Below, piece by piece: positions 47,895 through 59,211 of a stretch of 64,000 bases of DNA (the first letter of the stretch is position 1; each line of letters starts with the position of its first letter). Location of the stretch: NCBI GenBank assembly GCA_964019335.1, contig OZ025686.1, forward strand, positions 124,001 to 188,000, read 5' to 3'. Under the pieces are notes generated by a model. The model saw only the letters and a program-made list of their open reading frames with translations. It had not been told where the DNA came from and made no database searches. The stretch is from Diplonema japonicum. Its lineage: Eukaryota > Protista > Euglenozoa: Diplonemea. The translations under genes and the position numbers were made by a program.

Positions 47895-48362
47895 TTTCTT
47901 TTTTTTTTTTTTTTTTGCCTTTTTTCTTTTTTAATTTATTTCCGCCCCTACTTCTCTTCCCCCCTCCGCGACACTTTTTTTTTTCCTTCTTCTTTTCAGA
48001 GATCGAAGTTGAAAAGAGAACAAAAAAAAAAGGCTGGGGGGATAGAAAATAAAAATATGTTTTTTTTTTTTATATATTATTTCTCTTAAAGCAATTCCAA
48101 AACTCGGGCTGGGTGAGAAAAAAAAAATGACATTTTTACTGGGCTGCACTCTGTTTTTTTTTTTTTTTTTCCTTTTTTTTTTGACAGTAGTTTCTTTTGC
48201 CTACAGAATCCCGTTTTTTTTTTTTCCCCTTTGTGAGTACTGTAGTTTGGACAGAGTTCGAGCTGGAAAAATAAAATAAAATAAAATAAAATGACAAAAA
48301 TAAAAAGAAATCAATATGGGGGGAGAGAGGGTGGGTTGGGCAAAGTATTAAAAAAAAAATGC

Positions 48363-48501
48363 TTACTGGCACTCCATGATAGCGTTGACCTGTTTTTTGT
48401 TTTGTTTTTTTTCGTTTTTACCCCCCCCCTCTTTTTCCATACCACGTCGTTGTTGCTGCTCCTGAGGGCGGAGACGGCCTTCTTGCGGCTCACGCTGGCC
48501 T

Positions 48502-48541
<40 letters not shown>

Positions 48542-49020
48542 CTTGTCTATACCTGGGTCATCACCAACTCAATGTCCTTCTCCTCAAGGCCAGATGCGTC
48601 GATCTCACCCTCCTCCTCCTCCTCGGCGTCCTCCTTCTGGTCAGCCTGGGCGGCCTTGGCAGCGGCGGAGAAGGCCTTCATGGCCTCACGCTCCTTCTCT
48701 GCGTTGATGTTCTCCATCTTGGCCTCGCCGAAGATGACGTAGGTGGAGCTGGTGGCGTTTTTGTACACGTCCGGCTTGTGGATGACGAACACGATGCTCT
48801 TGGATTTGTTGATGGAGACCTTAAGGCAACCGGACACAGGCTTCAGCCCCAGCTTGGCCATCGCCTTCCTTGACTTCTTCTCGCTCCTGGAGGTCTTCCC
48901 CATCATGTTTGCCTCATCCTCAGCAACCGCTCCCTCAGCCGCCTCCAGAGCGGGAACCTCATCGTCGCTCTCCTCCTTCTCGGCGGAGTCAATGTTTCTC
49001 TTCTCAACAACCTCAGTCAT
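48363..49020 (-). CDS. NACA: Nascent polypeptide-associated complex alpha, 183 aa; introns 48500-48552, 48390-48442
   Basis: SRSEKKSRKAMAKLGLK, KPDVYK, TYVIFGEAK, DIELVMTQASVSRKKAV..DVVNAIME. Confidence 0.96.
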
Positions 49021-49195
49021 TTTTTTTTAGGGGGGTTTTAAAAAATTAAGATTTCCTTTGAAAAAGTGTGTGTGTGGGAGATCATCAGGGGAATTTAAAA
49101 AAAAAAAAAAAAAAGGAAAAAAAAGTTTTTTTTAATTGTCTGTTTTTTAGTCAAAAAAAAATCAGGCGGATGGCAAAAAAAAAAAAAGGAATGGA

Positions 49196-49228
<33 letters not shown>

Positions 49229-49421
49229 AAATCGTGTGTTCACGTACTCTCCCCAATCGCAAGGGAAGAAGGGGAAAAGAAGAAAAAAAAAGTGGAAAGA
49301 CAGAGGTGGGGATGGAGGGGCATAAAAAAAAAAATCTTTTTTTTTTTGGCTAAGGAACAATTCTTTTTTTCTTCTTCTTTATATATGAGGGGGCCGACAA
49401 AAAAGAAACGGGGCACCAATC

Positions 49422-51385
49422 TCAAGCAGCAACCATCCAGGTGCGCACGGCAGAGTCCTGTGTTGTGTGGCGATTTATGTCACTCTTTTTTTCCCCCTCC
49501 CCATACCTGTCCAGTTGTGATAACCTCGTCCTCAGAAAGCCACGCCACAGTGTTCGCCCCACCAAGGTGAACACCGTCCTTTTTAAGTCGGGTGCCCTTC
49601 TCAAGATCCCATACAATGAGATGGCTGTCGATGGAAACCGTGGCAAGCTGCTTGCCAGAGGGGGAGAAGGCGATTCCCTTCACGGACTGGTTATGGTAGC
49701 ACATGGAGCCCAACCCAGAGACCTGCTTCACGCTCCCTGTGTACTCCCACATGGTGATCTCTCTGCTGGAGTCACCAACAGCGAACCTCGACCCGTCTGC
49801 AGACCATGCCACGCATGTGATGGCAGCCTTGTGCTCTGCGATCTCTTCCAGTTGCTCCAGCTTGGTGCCCTTCATGGCGTACAGGGTCACCTTCTTCTCC
49901 TTGCTCCCCACCAGGAGTACTTTTCCGTTTGTCGCGCAGCAGGACGGTGTGAAGGTGGTGGCCACCTTCGACAGCTCCTCGCCCTCCTTCGACATCACGT
50001 AGATACCCTTGTTCGTTGTCACCACAAGGTTGCCCCCCATCGCCACAAGCCCGTTCGGCCCACCGGACACCTTGTTCGGCAGCATGGTCAGCTCGCATGA
50101 GTCGAGCGGCGTGACGGCAAGCGTGTCGTCCATGCTGCACGTGAAGAGCTTCCCTTCTGTGATCACAGCGGAGCTGATCTGCACGGTGGTTGGAATGGAT
50201 TAAAGAAAGCAAAAAGCATACCACTGAACCGTGCATCTTTTTGGCGATGGGTCTCCTTGACTTCTCTGGGCTGTGGGCCTTGTTCCCCCACACCAAGATG
50301 GCGGGGTCGCTGCTGCACGTTACGACAGTGTCGCCGTCCACTGCGAGGGCAGTGACGGGCTTACCGTGGCCCCGCAGCACCAGCTTCGGCTGCTCGCTGC
50401 CCTCGGCGAAGACGTTCAGGTCGCCGTTGAGCCCAACACTGACCATGGTTTCCCCGACGTAGGCACAACCCACCTGCATGTAGTCAACCGTCTTGTCCTG
50501 CAGCTTGAAGGTCTCCAGACATTTCTTGCTCTCAACGTCCCACACCTTGACAGTTTTGTCAGCGCTGGACGTGAGGATCTTGCTGCCGCTGGGGTGCCAC
50601 GCCACCTGTGCTTGTTGTGTTGGGCACAATGCACATACCGAGTACACGGAGCCCGTGTGGTTGCAGGGGATCTCATCCACCTTCTCACCTGTCTTCCCGT
50701 CGTACACCAAGATCTGCTTGTCGCTGCAAAGGTGGTGCGTTGTTTAATATAACACATACCTCCCGACAGAGATGAACTTGTCGCCTGCGGGGTTGAACCT
50801 GACGCAGTTCACGGTGTTTGAGTGGTGTTGCTGGCCGTGCTTGAACTTGAAGGGGGGACCTTCGTAGAAGTTCACCTCGGTGTCCTCGGAGCCGGTGGCC
50901 ACACGGAAAGGTCTTTCGAGCCTCATGTCGCAGGTTTGGATGTTTCTGGTGTGGCCGGAGATCTGCCCCACACTGGAACCACCGTCGATCATGAAAGCGG
51001 CGGAGAAGTTGTCACGGCCCTCGCCAACAGCGACAAGGCGTTGGTTGTCGCCTGAGAAGCAGAGGTCCTTGATGGGGCCGGCGGTGACCTGAGTTTGGAT
51101 CTTGACTGTGTTCTGTACGTTGTCCAGCGCCCACACGACCACGTTGCCCTCCTTGTCCCCTGATGCGCAGTATGACTGGCTCGGGCTCACCCTCGTCGCC
51201 GTCACGGGGAACTTGTGCCTGTGCACGGCCAGCACCTCGTTCAGGTTCTCAACGCTCCTCGCGTACACGAACAGCCCGTTCCCGTACACTACAGACTGCT
51301 TCTTCTTGTACACACCAAGTGACAGCGCCTGCCCTCTGGTGGTCCCCGCCGCAGGGGGAATCACAGCGTTCGCCTTAAGAGACAT
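49422..51385 (-). CDS. WDR1: Actin-interacting protein 1 / WDR1, 600 aa; introns 50724-50759, 50606-50638, 50179-50221, 49458-49506
   Basis: TTRG, ASGDKEGNV, RPFRVATGSED, FYEGPPFKF and multiple WD repeats; spliced length typical of AIP1. Confidence 0.93.
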
Positions 51386-51531
51386 TTGTTGAGCAACACC
51401 TGTTCAAAGGGGGGGGGGTGAATCGCCTTTCTATTACACTTGCTATTATAGCTATTTATTGCCAACAGATTATAGCCATAATTTCACTTGAGAACGAAAC
51501 CGGGGTTTTTTTGCCCGAGGGCCCGACGCTA

Positions 51532-51591
51532 GACAGTGTAGCTCAGTGGTTAGGGGCCATGAGGGTCGTGGGTTCAACCCCCAAGGCCAAC
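51532..51591 (+). pseudogene. tRNA-like element (Pol III A and B boxes, anticodon arm missing)
   Basis: A box TAGCTCAGTGG (51539-51549) with a D-arm; GGTC-GTGGG-TTCAACC-CCCA T-arm/B box (51571-51581). Only about 5 nt lie where the anticodon arm should be, and the acceptor stem does not pair. Confidence 0.6.
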
Positions 51592-51876
51592 TTTTCGCGA
51601 ACAAATTATAGCCCCAAAAAATCAAATTATGAGACCCCATTAATAAGATAACAGGTCCGGAGTGAAGAAATTTCTGAAAAGTGAGATAAAAATAATATAC
51701 TTTTTTTTTTTTCCCCCTCAGTTCATCGTCCTTCACCTACACTTCGAATTCTTTTTCCCCCCTTCCGTCTCATGATTTTTAGTACTTTCCATCAAAAAAA
51801 AAATCCCTCCCATTTGGGTAGTTGAGGCGGGATTTGAAAGAAAAAAAAACCCCCCCCTCACTTTTTTTTTTGTCAT

Positions 51877-52308
51877 CTACGAACGGGGCTTCTCCTTCTT
51901 CTCGCGGTACAAGGCGAAGAGGCCAACACCAGAAACCTTGCTGATCTTGAAACGAACGCCCGGAATATCACCAACAGCGTGGCCGGACCTACCCAGACCG
52001 GCAACGAGGACCTCGTCGTTCTCCTCAACAAAGTGGAGACAACCGTCGTTAGGGACAAAGGCAAGGATCTTCTTGCCGTTCTTAATAAGCTGCACACGGA
52101 CGCACTTACGGATGGCAGAGTTAGGCTGCTTGGCCTCCACACCGATCTTCTCGAGGACGATGCCCTTTACGTGAGAAGATCCACCGAACACGTTCGCCTT
52201 GATGGACACGCTGAGATGCGCTTTTTTCCAGTCCTTGTCTGCCCACTTCTGCGTCCTCCTCCTCGTTTTCAGCTTACGCGCCGTGTTGATTCCGCGTGGC
52301 TTACCCAT
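51877..52308 (-). CDS. RPS23: 40S ribosomal protein S23 (uS12)
   Basis: MGKPRG...[25 protein letters not shown]...GDIPGVRFK, 143 aa. Confidence 0.99.
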   Translation of the reverse strand: MGKPRGINTARKLKTRRRTQKWADKDWKKAHLSVSIKANVFGGSSHVKGIVLEKIGVEAKQPNSAIRKCVRVQLIKNGKKILAFVPNDGCLHFVEENDEVLVAGLGRSGHAVGDIPGVRFKISKVSGVGLFALYREKKEKPRS

Positions 52309-52723
52309 TTTTTACTTTTTTTTTTCCCTCCTTTGATCAACTGGTAATTTATGTTAAAAAAAAATTGATAGCGGAGAAGGCGGGGGTTAAAGATATGAAG
52401 ACAAAAGAGAAAAAAAAAAAAAAGAGAAAAAAAAAACTAAAGAAAAAAAAATGACATCTGCTTTTCTTTTTTTCTTCTTTTTCTCTCCTCCCCCCCTTTT
52501 CCCTTTCCCGGTAAAAAAACTCGTAATTCTTTTTTGTTATTTCGTTTTTTTTTTTTTTTTAATAGCCTCGTTGATGTAGTTTGAACCCGCCGATGTCTTG
52601 GGGGGGGGGGGGGGGGGAAGGTAATTCCGAAATTTTTTTTGTTTCTTCTAGTTATTATTTTTTTTTTAAATCTTCTTCTTCAAAAAAAAAAGAAAAAAAA
52701 AGGGAACTTAAGAGATGATGTGC

Positions 52724-53206
52724 TCAGTAGAAGAAACCAAGGACCTTGCCACCAGTGTGCTTCCTCCTGGCCTCCTCGTGGTCCATGATGCCGAGGGAAG
52801 TGGTCATCACAACGAAGCCGAATTGGCGGGAGGGGAGAAGGTAGGTCGTGAACTCGTCCACACTGGGGAGGGCGATGTTGTACCTAAATAGATTTTTTTT
52901 TTTTTTAAATTTTAAACACACCTGGGGGACACGACACCACACTTGTTCAGACGGCCGTTAAGCTCGACCACAACCTTGTTGCCCCTGTGGTCATCGACAA
53001 TCTGTTTTTTTTTTTTTTTTTTTTTTTTTTTCTTTTTTCTTCTTCCTCCACACCTCGAACTCATTGATGTAACCATGCTTCTGCATAACAGTCAGGAACT
53101 TGATGATCACCTTGGAAACCGGCTTCAACAGAACCTGACGCTTTCCCTTCCTGGACGCGTTAGCCATGGTCTTGAGGGCATCGGCGAGGGTCGACATACG
53201 GGTCAT
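52724..53206 (-). CDS. RPS15A: 40S ribosomal protein S15a (uS8), 130 aa; introns 53002-53053, 52884-52921
   Basis: LADALK...GYINEFEIVDDHR...[11 protein letters not shown]...LLPSRQFG...GGKVLGFFY; spliced length is exactly 130 aa. Confidence 0.98.
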
Positions 53207-53683
53207 CTTGAAAAAGAGAGGAAAGGGAGATAAGGCTTCGAAGTGAGGCTGTTGTTTGTGTGATAATTTTTTTTTTCCCCTTCGTTTTGCAGTGGCCCTA
53301 AAAAAAAAAATCAAGAACACAATTTTGGGGGATAAAAAAAAGTGGACAGGGGGGCATAAAAAAGAAGAAGAATTTTTTTTTAAAAAAAGTTTTTTTTTCC
53401 CGTCTTCATATGGAGGGGGAGTGGGGGGGGGGGGGGGGGGGAGACGTTCTTAATAAAAACTCAAATTAACATACAAACTCCCTGAGACGAAAGGCTGCAT
53501 GCCATAAAAAAAAAAGAGAAAAAAAAGGAGGGCGAGTGGTCGGGAAGAAGGGGGGGGGTGGAACAATTTGGGTAAGAAAATAAAAAGTAAGAACATCATT
53601 GCTTTTCTTTCCCTCTTTTTTTTTTTCCTTCAAAAAAAAGGGTGGGGGGGATAAAAAAAAACGTTTAAAAAATATCTCTCTTC

Positions 53684-54041
53684 TTAATTGTATTTTGTGG
53701 CCACGGCCAACGCGTACATCATCACTCCTTCACTGTTGGTGATCTGCGCCTAAAAAAAGAGAAAAAAAAATTTTTTTTGCGGGTTTTATTCCACATACCT
53801 GGACCACGATGTCATCAGCCGAGATCAAACTGTACTGCTGCTTCACGCACCCAGATCCCTTCGACAAGGCTTCGCTAAGTACCACAACCTTGTAGCCGTC
53901 CTTCTTCAGAAGCTTGAAGATCTGCGACTGTGCCTCCTTTGTCCATGCACCGGACTCTGTGTCACTCCACACCGAGTCACCAACCACAGAAGACATAATC
54001 TCCTTCATCTGCGACTCCATCAACGCGTTATCCCAAGCCAT
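53684..54041 (-). CDS. Tctex-1-like dynein light chain, 102 aa; intron 53750-53798
   Basis: KEIMSSVVGDSVW...WT...I..LK...YKVVV pattern, with size and terminal beta strands matching; divergent. Confidence 0.65.
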
Positions 54042-54251
54042 CTTTTTTTGTTACTTTTTTTTTTGTTCCTCTTTTGCCTTTTTTTGTTTTCTTGTCCCTC
54101 CCCCCCCGCGTTGTTCACGATGAAAAAGGAGTGACTATGAACATTCATTTTTTTTTTCCCCCTATCGAAAAAAAAAAAAAAAGAAATCTATGAATACAAA
54201 AAAAAAAGAAAAAAAAAGAAAAGGGTTCCCATTCATTTTTTTTTTTCTTCT

Positions 54252-56319
54252 TCACGCCTCCTTCTCTCCTCCGCATCTACTGCTGTTGTGGGAAGGGTAT
54301 CGGTAGCTACTGGTGCCTACCCCGCACAGGTTGGTTGCAGAAGCAGCCGAGTTATTCAGGTGCAGGTTGCGAAGCGATTTGTTCTCTGCTTCAAGTTTTT
54401 CGATGTAGTTTTGTTGCGCCTTTTTTTTTTTTTTTTTTTTTTTCTTCCACAATATATTCCATTTTGCTTCATACCTCAGATGTAGCCGACATTCCCGCCA
54501 GCATATTGCGTATCTGCCCCAGTTCCCCGTCGTGACGATCAGGAGTACAGCTAGAGGGCTGCTTCAGTGGCTGCTGTTGTGGCTGCACCTTGCCCTTGTG
54601 CATTATTGTTGCCATTCTTTTCAGCTCTTTTCGCAAAAAGTGCGTCTCCTGCTGCTCAGCCTGCTTGTACAGCTCCAACAAAGGGTTCGGCTCGTACTCC
54701 TCGCCAGCACGGACCTCTGACTGGTAGTACGACCTTTCATCCTCCTCAGCGTTGTCAAAGTACTTGCCATGGTGCAGCAGCCGCGCGGTCTCCATCTGTT
54801 GCGACCTGAGGAGCCTGTCCAGAGCCGACCCCTCCTGTGTCACATGTGATGTGCTATTGGCGCACACATGGTGGCAGGGTATGGGCTGCATCGTCTGGTG
54901 GGCAATAACAGGCAAGGCTGCTTGAGGCGAGGCCTGCACCTCTGGCTCCTCCCTCCGCCCGCCCCTCAATGCTTCCACTTCGCAGCTCAGCATCTGTATA
55001 TCCTGCTGCAGCTTGGTCCAGCTCGGCTCCTCATCGTACATCTCGTCGTGCGACGACTCCAGCATCACAGGGGCAGGGACAGAGACAGAGACAGGGGGCG
55101 CAGGAGACACCGTTCGCACGAAAGACACAGCAGGTTCAGGGCTTTCATTTCCCCGTGTCTTGCCTGACCTACTCTCCAAGAACCTCTCCACCAGGAGGTT
55201 CTCTACAGGGCTTGTATTCCTGTACAGAGCACTCTCCTCCACAGCAATGGGAGCCACAATCGGCGAACACCTCGCAGACTGCACCTGCCTTGAGAACTGC
55301 GCCGGAGCGGCGGGGTGAGGGGGCGACTCCGCTCGCAGGACAGGCGAGACATGGGGCGAGCGTGCGGTGTTCAGAACACCGCCCCCAATTGTCTTAGTCA
55401 GCGGGTACGGCTCACGGGGGTTCGGGAAATGCACAGTCAGAGGGCCTGTGGTCAAGGGTGCGTTGTCGGAACGCAGCCTGTAGGCAGTCTTCAAGCATGA
55501 GAGAGAAGCGTAGAAGTCTTGCGGAGTAGTGGCTATGCACGCCAGGTACAGCGTGTGAGTAGAGGCCGTGAGAGAGCTGCGGAGGAGGAATGTGAGCTTG
55601 GACTCCCTATAAGGGACGTACTTGCCTGTTGCCAGTCCAGAGAGGACTTTACCGAATATTTGAGTGGCAATGCCTTGCTTGCCAGGGGCGCCACCGGGGG
55701 AGAGGAGTACGAAGTTGACCTTGCCCTCCCTGCCGAGGCCGCTTGGCTCCGTGACGTACAGGGAGACGATGTGGTGGGAGGTGGTGTCCTTGACAGTGAC
55801 AGCGTCTGTGAGGTCGGAAAGGGTGTTGATGGGGACACGCCGTGCGGTGTTGAGGGAGAGGGGAGGGGAGTTCTTCGGGCGATGGTTGTCCACTGCGATT
55901 TCGTTTTGTATTGTGATAAAAGATACTTCGATTCGATACCCGCCTGTTTGCTTGTGCCTTAACATCTCTTCACCGCATTGCAGAAGCAGTTCCGTGTAAA
56001 CGGTGCATGGCTGCCCGCACGGCTGCCCTGTTACCACAACATTCCCACACCCTCCACCAAGCGCTGAGTATACGAGATGCCTCACTGAATGCCTGTACAC
56101 AGTGTCGCAGGCTGCTGTTGGAGGAAACACTTTATCAAGGCTGAAAGGGAATTTCGGTTGGTGCTGATTCGTGAACAATCTGCACGCCACCACACCACTG
56201 CACACCTCATGCTCCTGAGTGCCCTCGTCATCGTTCACTCCAAAAACTGAGTGCTGCACCCCTCTTCTGTGCGGCGGCCGTATCTTCACGGACACCTCTA
56301 GTGTAGGAGGCACCGCCAT
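54252..56319 (-). CDS. Degenerate kinesin-motor-domain protein, 670 aa; intron 54420-54474
   Basis: VSVKIRP, FSLDKVF, IEVSFITIQNE, YVPYRESKLTFLLRSSL and LKTAYR present; nucleotide-binding motifs degenerate. Confidence 0.85.
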
Positions 56320-56413
56320 CGTTTATATATTTTTTTTTCCCTTTGAATATTGGAGGGGAAGTAAGAAAAGCAAGGAGAAAAATAAGACTTTTGCTTTTTT
56401 GGAAAAAAAAGGA

Positions 56414-59101
56414 TCAGAATGCGGCAGAAGCAGGGCGGGAACCCAAGAAAAACGGTTCCTGTTTCCCCAGAGGAATGGAGCAGGACAACTTGGACTTCCT
56501 CTCTTGCGGGTTGTAGATGATGTTGTAGGACTGCTTGCTGAGCCTGTCGAACTGACCACGAGCATTTTCGGAGAACGCCATTGTAACATCTTGCTTTTGA
56601 GGGGTAAAGGGGGTAACGTTGCATGACGACTGGAAAAAGGAGAAGTCCAAAGAGATGCCTTGCGACACAGGTGAACAAGGGGGCTCAAGGTACGAGGCCT
56701 GCGTCCCACAAGTATGGTGCGACAGATAGTTTTTGCTCATTGTCGAGCCTCTACCCCTGCTTTGCAGCAGCCTGTATTGATCAACCCGGTCCAAAACAAC
56801 AGATATCAAGATTTCAGGGAAATTACATTCCATCCCTCTATAGAAATCAGTTTCACAAAGACCCCCGTCTCCACCCGTTCCAGTAAGCGAACACAGCAAT
56901 TTCTTCACATCTGCAGTCCGCTCCACCACCACATCGTTTTTCTTCTCGGTGTATTGCTTGAACAGCCTTTCCACGGTCGGTAAATCAGGTTCCTGAAAAG
57001 TACACAACACCAAAAAGCTCGGCCACGTGACCACCCAGGGCATCGACTTCTCATTGCACTCTGCAGCTGCCACCATTTTAAGCCATTTCACAATGTTGTG
57101 GGGTGTTATAGGCTGCAAAACAGAGTACTTCATTCGAACCCTGTGTGATTCAGTGATGCTGAATCCTTTGAGGTACACTGCATAGAAGTCCCTGATGGCG
57201 ATTGGGCTGTCCGGTACCTCCACGACTTTGATGGCCTCGGCGTACTGGTGCGTCCTCTTGCAGTTTTGACACCCTACAATATGTGACGAGTTGTAAGTCT
57301 CCTTCACCGCTACTTTGCAGAAGAATTGTTTTAGCTCTAAGATGTGCTCCGTGGAGACCACTCTGCGACGCCCTTTCCCTTTCTCGGGCAGTGGCGGGAC
57401 GGTCCCTGCCGTTCCGTTTGGTTGTACCCAACCCACGGGCGTTTTCGGGTTCACCTTAGTGATCTGTTTCCTCGCGAAGGTCAAGAACTCTGCTTGTTGC
57501 GGGTATTGTTTCTTCCTTGGCTTTGGCCTGCCCTCTCGCCAGGAATCGACTTGAGCCTTTATGTTTTTGCCATCGGGGTGTCTCCTAATGGTAGGCTTGG
57601 GGGTTTCCATTACAGGCGTTTCCTTCACATTGCCAAAGCACTGCCACAGTCGATCGTCCTGAATGGATAAGGCCCCGTACCCAACGACCTCCACCGCCGC
57701 GAAGATCTTGTACGCCATGCCGGTCTTCACGGTGTGTGTTGTTGTGTGCGGGCCTGTTCCCTTCGCGGAGCGTACCGAACCTGTGCTGCACCCCATGAAC
57801 AGCGGGTTGTCTCTTGCGTGTTCGATCTTGCTCCGGCGGAGTCCTACTTGTAACGCCCGTGCGTTCTCAAGAGTTTCGGGTATCAAAGCGGTGAACACGC
57901 AACACGGTGTGCCATGCGTAGCGATGCCTCCTAAGGACACCGAAACACGTACTTTGGACTCTGAAGTGCAGTGCTGTACATTTGTTATCTTAGGTGTGTA
58001 GAGCAGCGCGTCGGAAGGCCTGTCTGATTGAACGGTTCTGTGCATCCCTTCTTTCTCGCACCTCCCTGTCAGAGTCGACGGTAGAAGTATGATACAAGAC
58101 GCTACCTTGGGCTTTATGACCTGAATGGAACCCTTTCCTTCGGGGACTGCAGTACGTCCAAGCGTGAAGACGTCAGAGCACCCATTCCCGCCAATCCGCC
58201 CACGACGAACCATATCTTGCAGGGACTTGTCGGATATGAGCCAAGGAGCTGTCGCACCAGCACGGAAGCATGCGTACCACAGGACACCGCTTGCGTCGGA
58301 GTTGTACTTAACACACAGATTTTCGGTGTTATCCTCTGTAGTAATTGTGATATTTCGCACCTTGGGAACACGGTTGGTGTCAATGACAATGCTCGACAGA
58401 CTCGAAGGCGCATCATCCGCTTGCACCACCAGGGTATACACCTGGTCTGGTTGGACCGCCTTACTAACGATACTTAAAGCATGCTTCCCCTTGTATGGGA
58501 TGGACAGTGCCCCTCCTGTGACGCATAACCGGACGATGGAAGTATCGGGTTTAGCTGATGATGGCCGCAACAGCTTTGAAAGATGCGGCACGCGGGACGG
58601 GAAAAAGCTCTTGCAGTCTCCTTGGAACAAAACATACGAAACGTGTCCTTGTGTGCTTGTGCTGAATGTCGCGTCTATCTTACCGGTGGTGTTGCCGGTG
58701 CTTTGGTAGTCAAGGTACTCCAATCGCGAGATCGCCATCGCCAACTTGCCGGTCTTGAACTGCTTGAATGAGATGCAAGGCTGCTCCGTGGTTGATGGGT
58801 AGGATGCGACGTAAACTACGTAGTTCTTAGTGCCTTCCAAGTCGGAGCTGTCGAAGCTGACGAGGAGCTGGTCCACGCTCGGCTCGCACCCCATGTCGTC
58901 TATCAGGTATTTCCATCTTAGATATTTCTCAGGGTTCCTTCCTTTGACCAGATCACCGATGACCTCCGCGGTTCGCATCCCATTGGGAAGCGGCTTTCCT
59001 GTCACGATCCAGAACACCTTCCCCGTGAACACCTCTTCGAAGACCACCGTGAGCCTTGCACTGCACCCGTCCACATCTTCCACGGTGACGGCATCGATCA
59101 T
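56414..59101 (-). CDS. Hypothetical 895-aa protein with tandem beta-sandwich-like repeats and a possible EF-hand-like C-terminus
   Basis: 2.7-kb ORF on the coding strand; recurrent G-x-V-x-[WY]-x-V ... Y-x-V-x-V pattern. Confidence 0.8.
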   Translation of the reverse strand: MIDAVTVEDVDGCSARLTVVFEEVFTGKVFWIVTGKPLPNGMRTAEVIGDLVKGRNPEKYLRWKYLIDDMGCEPSVDQLLVSFDSSDLEGTKNYVVYVASYPSTTEQPCISFKQFKTGKLAMAISRLEYLDYQSTGNTTGKIDATFSTSTQGHVSYVLFQGDCKSFFPSRVPHLSKLLRPSSAKPDTSIVRLCVTGGALSIPYKGKHALSIVSKAVQPDQVYTLVVQADDAPSSLSSIVIDTNRVPKVRNITITTEDNTENLCVKYNSDASGVLWYACFRAGATAPWLISDKSLQDMVRRGRIGGNGCSDVFTLGRTAVPEGKGSIQVIKPKVASCIILLPSTLTGRCEKEGMHRTVQSDRPSDALLYTPKITNVQHCTSESKVRVSVSLGGIATHGTPCCVFTALIPETLENARALQVGLRRSKIEHARDNPLFMGCSTGSVRSAKGTGPHTTTHTVKTGMAYKIFAAVEVVGYGALSIQDDRLWQCFGNVKETPVMETPKPTIRRHPDGKNIKAQVDSWREGRPKPRKKQYPQQAEFLTFARKQITKVNPKTPVGWVQPNGTAGTVPPLPEKGKGRRRVVSTEHILELKQFFCKVAVKETYNSSHIVGCQNCKRTHQYAEAIKVVEVPDSPIAIRDFYAVYLKGFSITESHRVRMKYSVLQPITPHNIVKWLKMVAAAECNEKSMPWVVTWPSFLVLCTFQEPDLPTVERLFKQYTEKKNDVVVERTADVKKLLCSLTGTGGDGGLCETDFYRGMECNFPEILISVVLDRVDQYRLLQSRGRGSTMSKNYLSHHTCGTQASYLEPPCSPVSQGISLDFSFFQSSCNVTPFTPQKQDVTMAFSENARGQFDRLSKQSYNIIYNPQERKSKLSCSIPLGKQEPFFLGSRPASAAF

Positions 59102-59211
59102 CCCTACTACGGAATGGGATGGAGAAGAGAAGAAAACTCACGGCAACGGCCGTCAAATTGAGAAAAATAAATGAGAGATGGATGGAAAAGTAAAAAAAAA
59201 ACGAAAATGTG

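Noticed and set aside
51532-51591. Functional tRNA gene
   Set aside because: No anticodon arm and no acceptor-stem pairing; reported as tRNA-like only.
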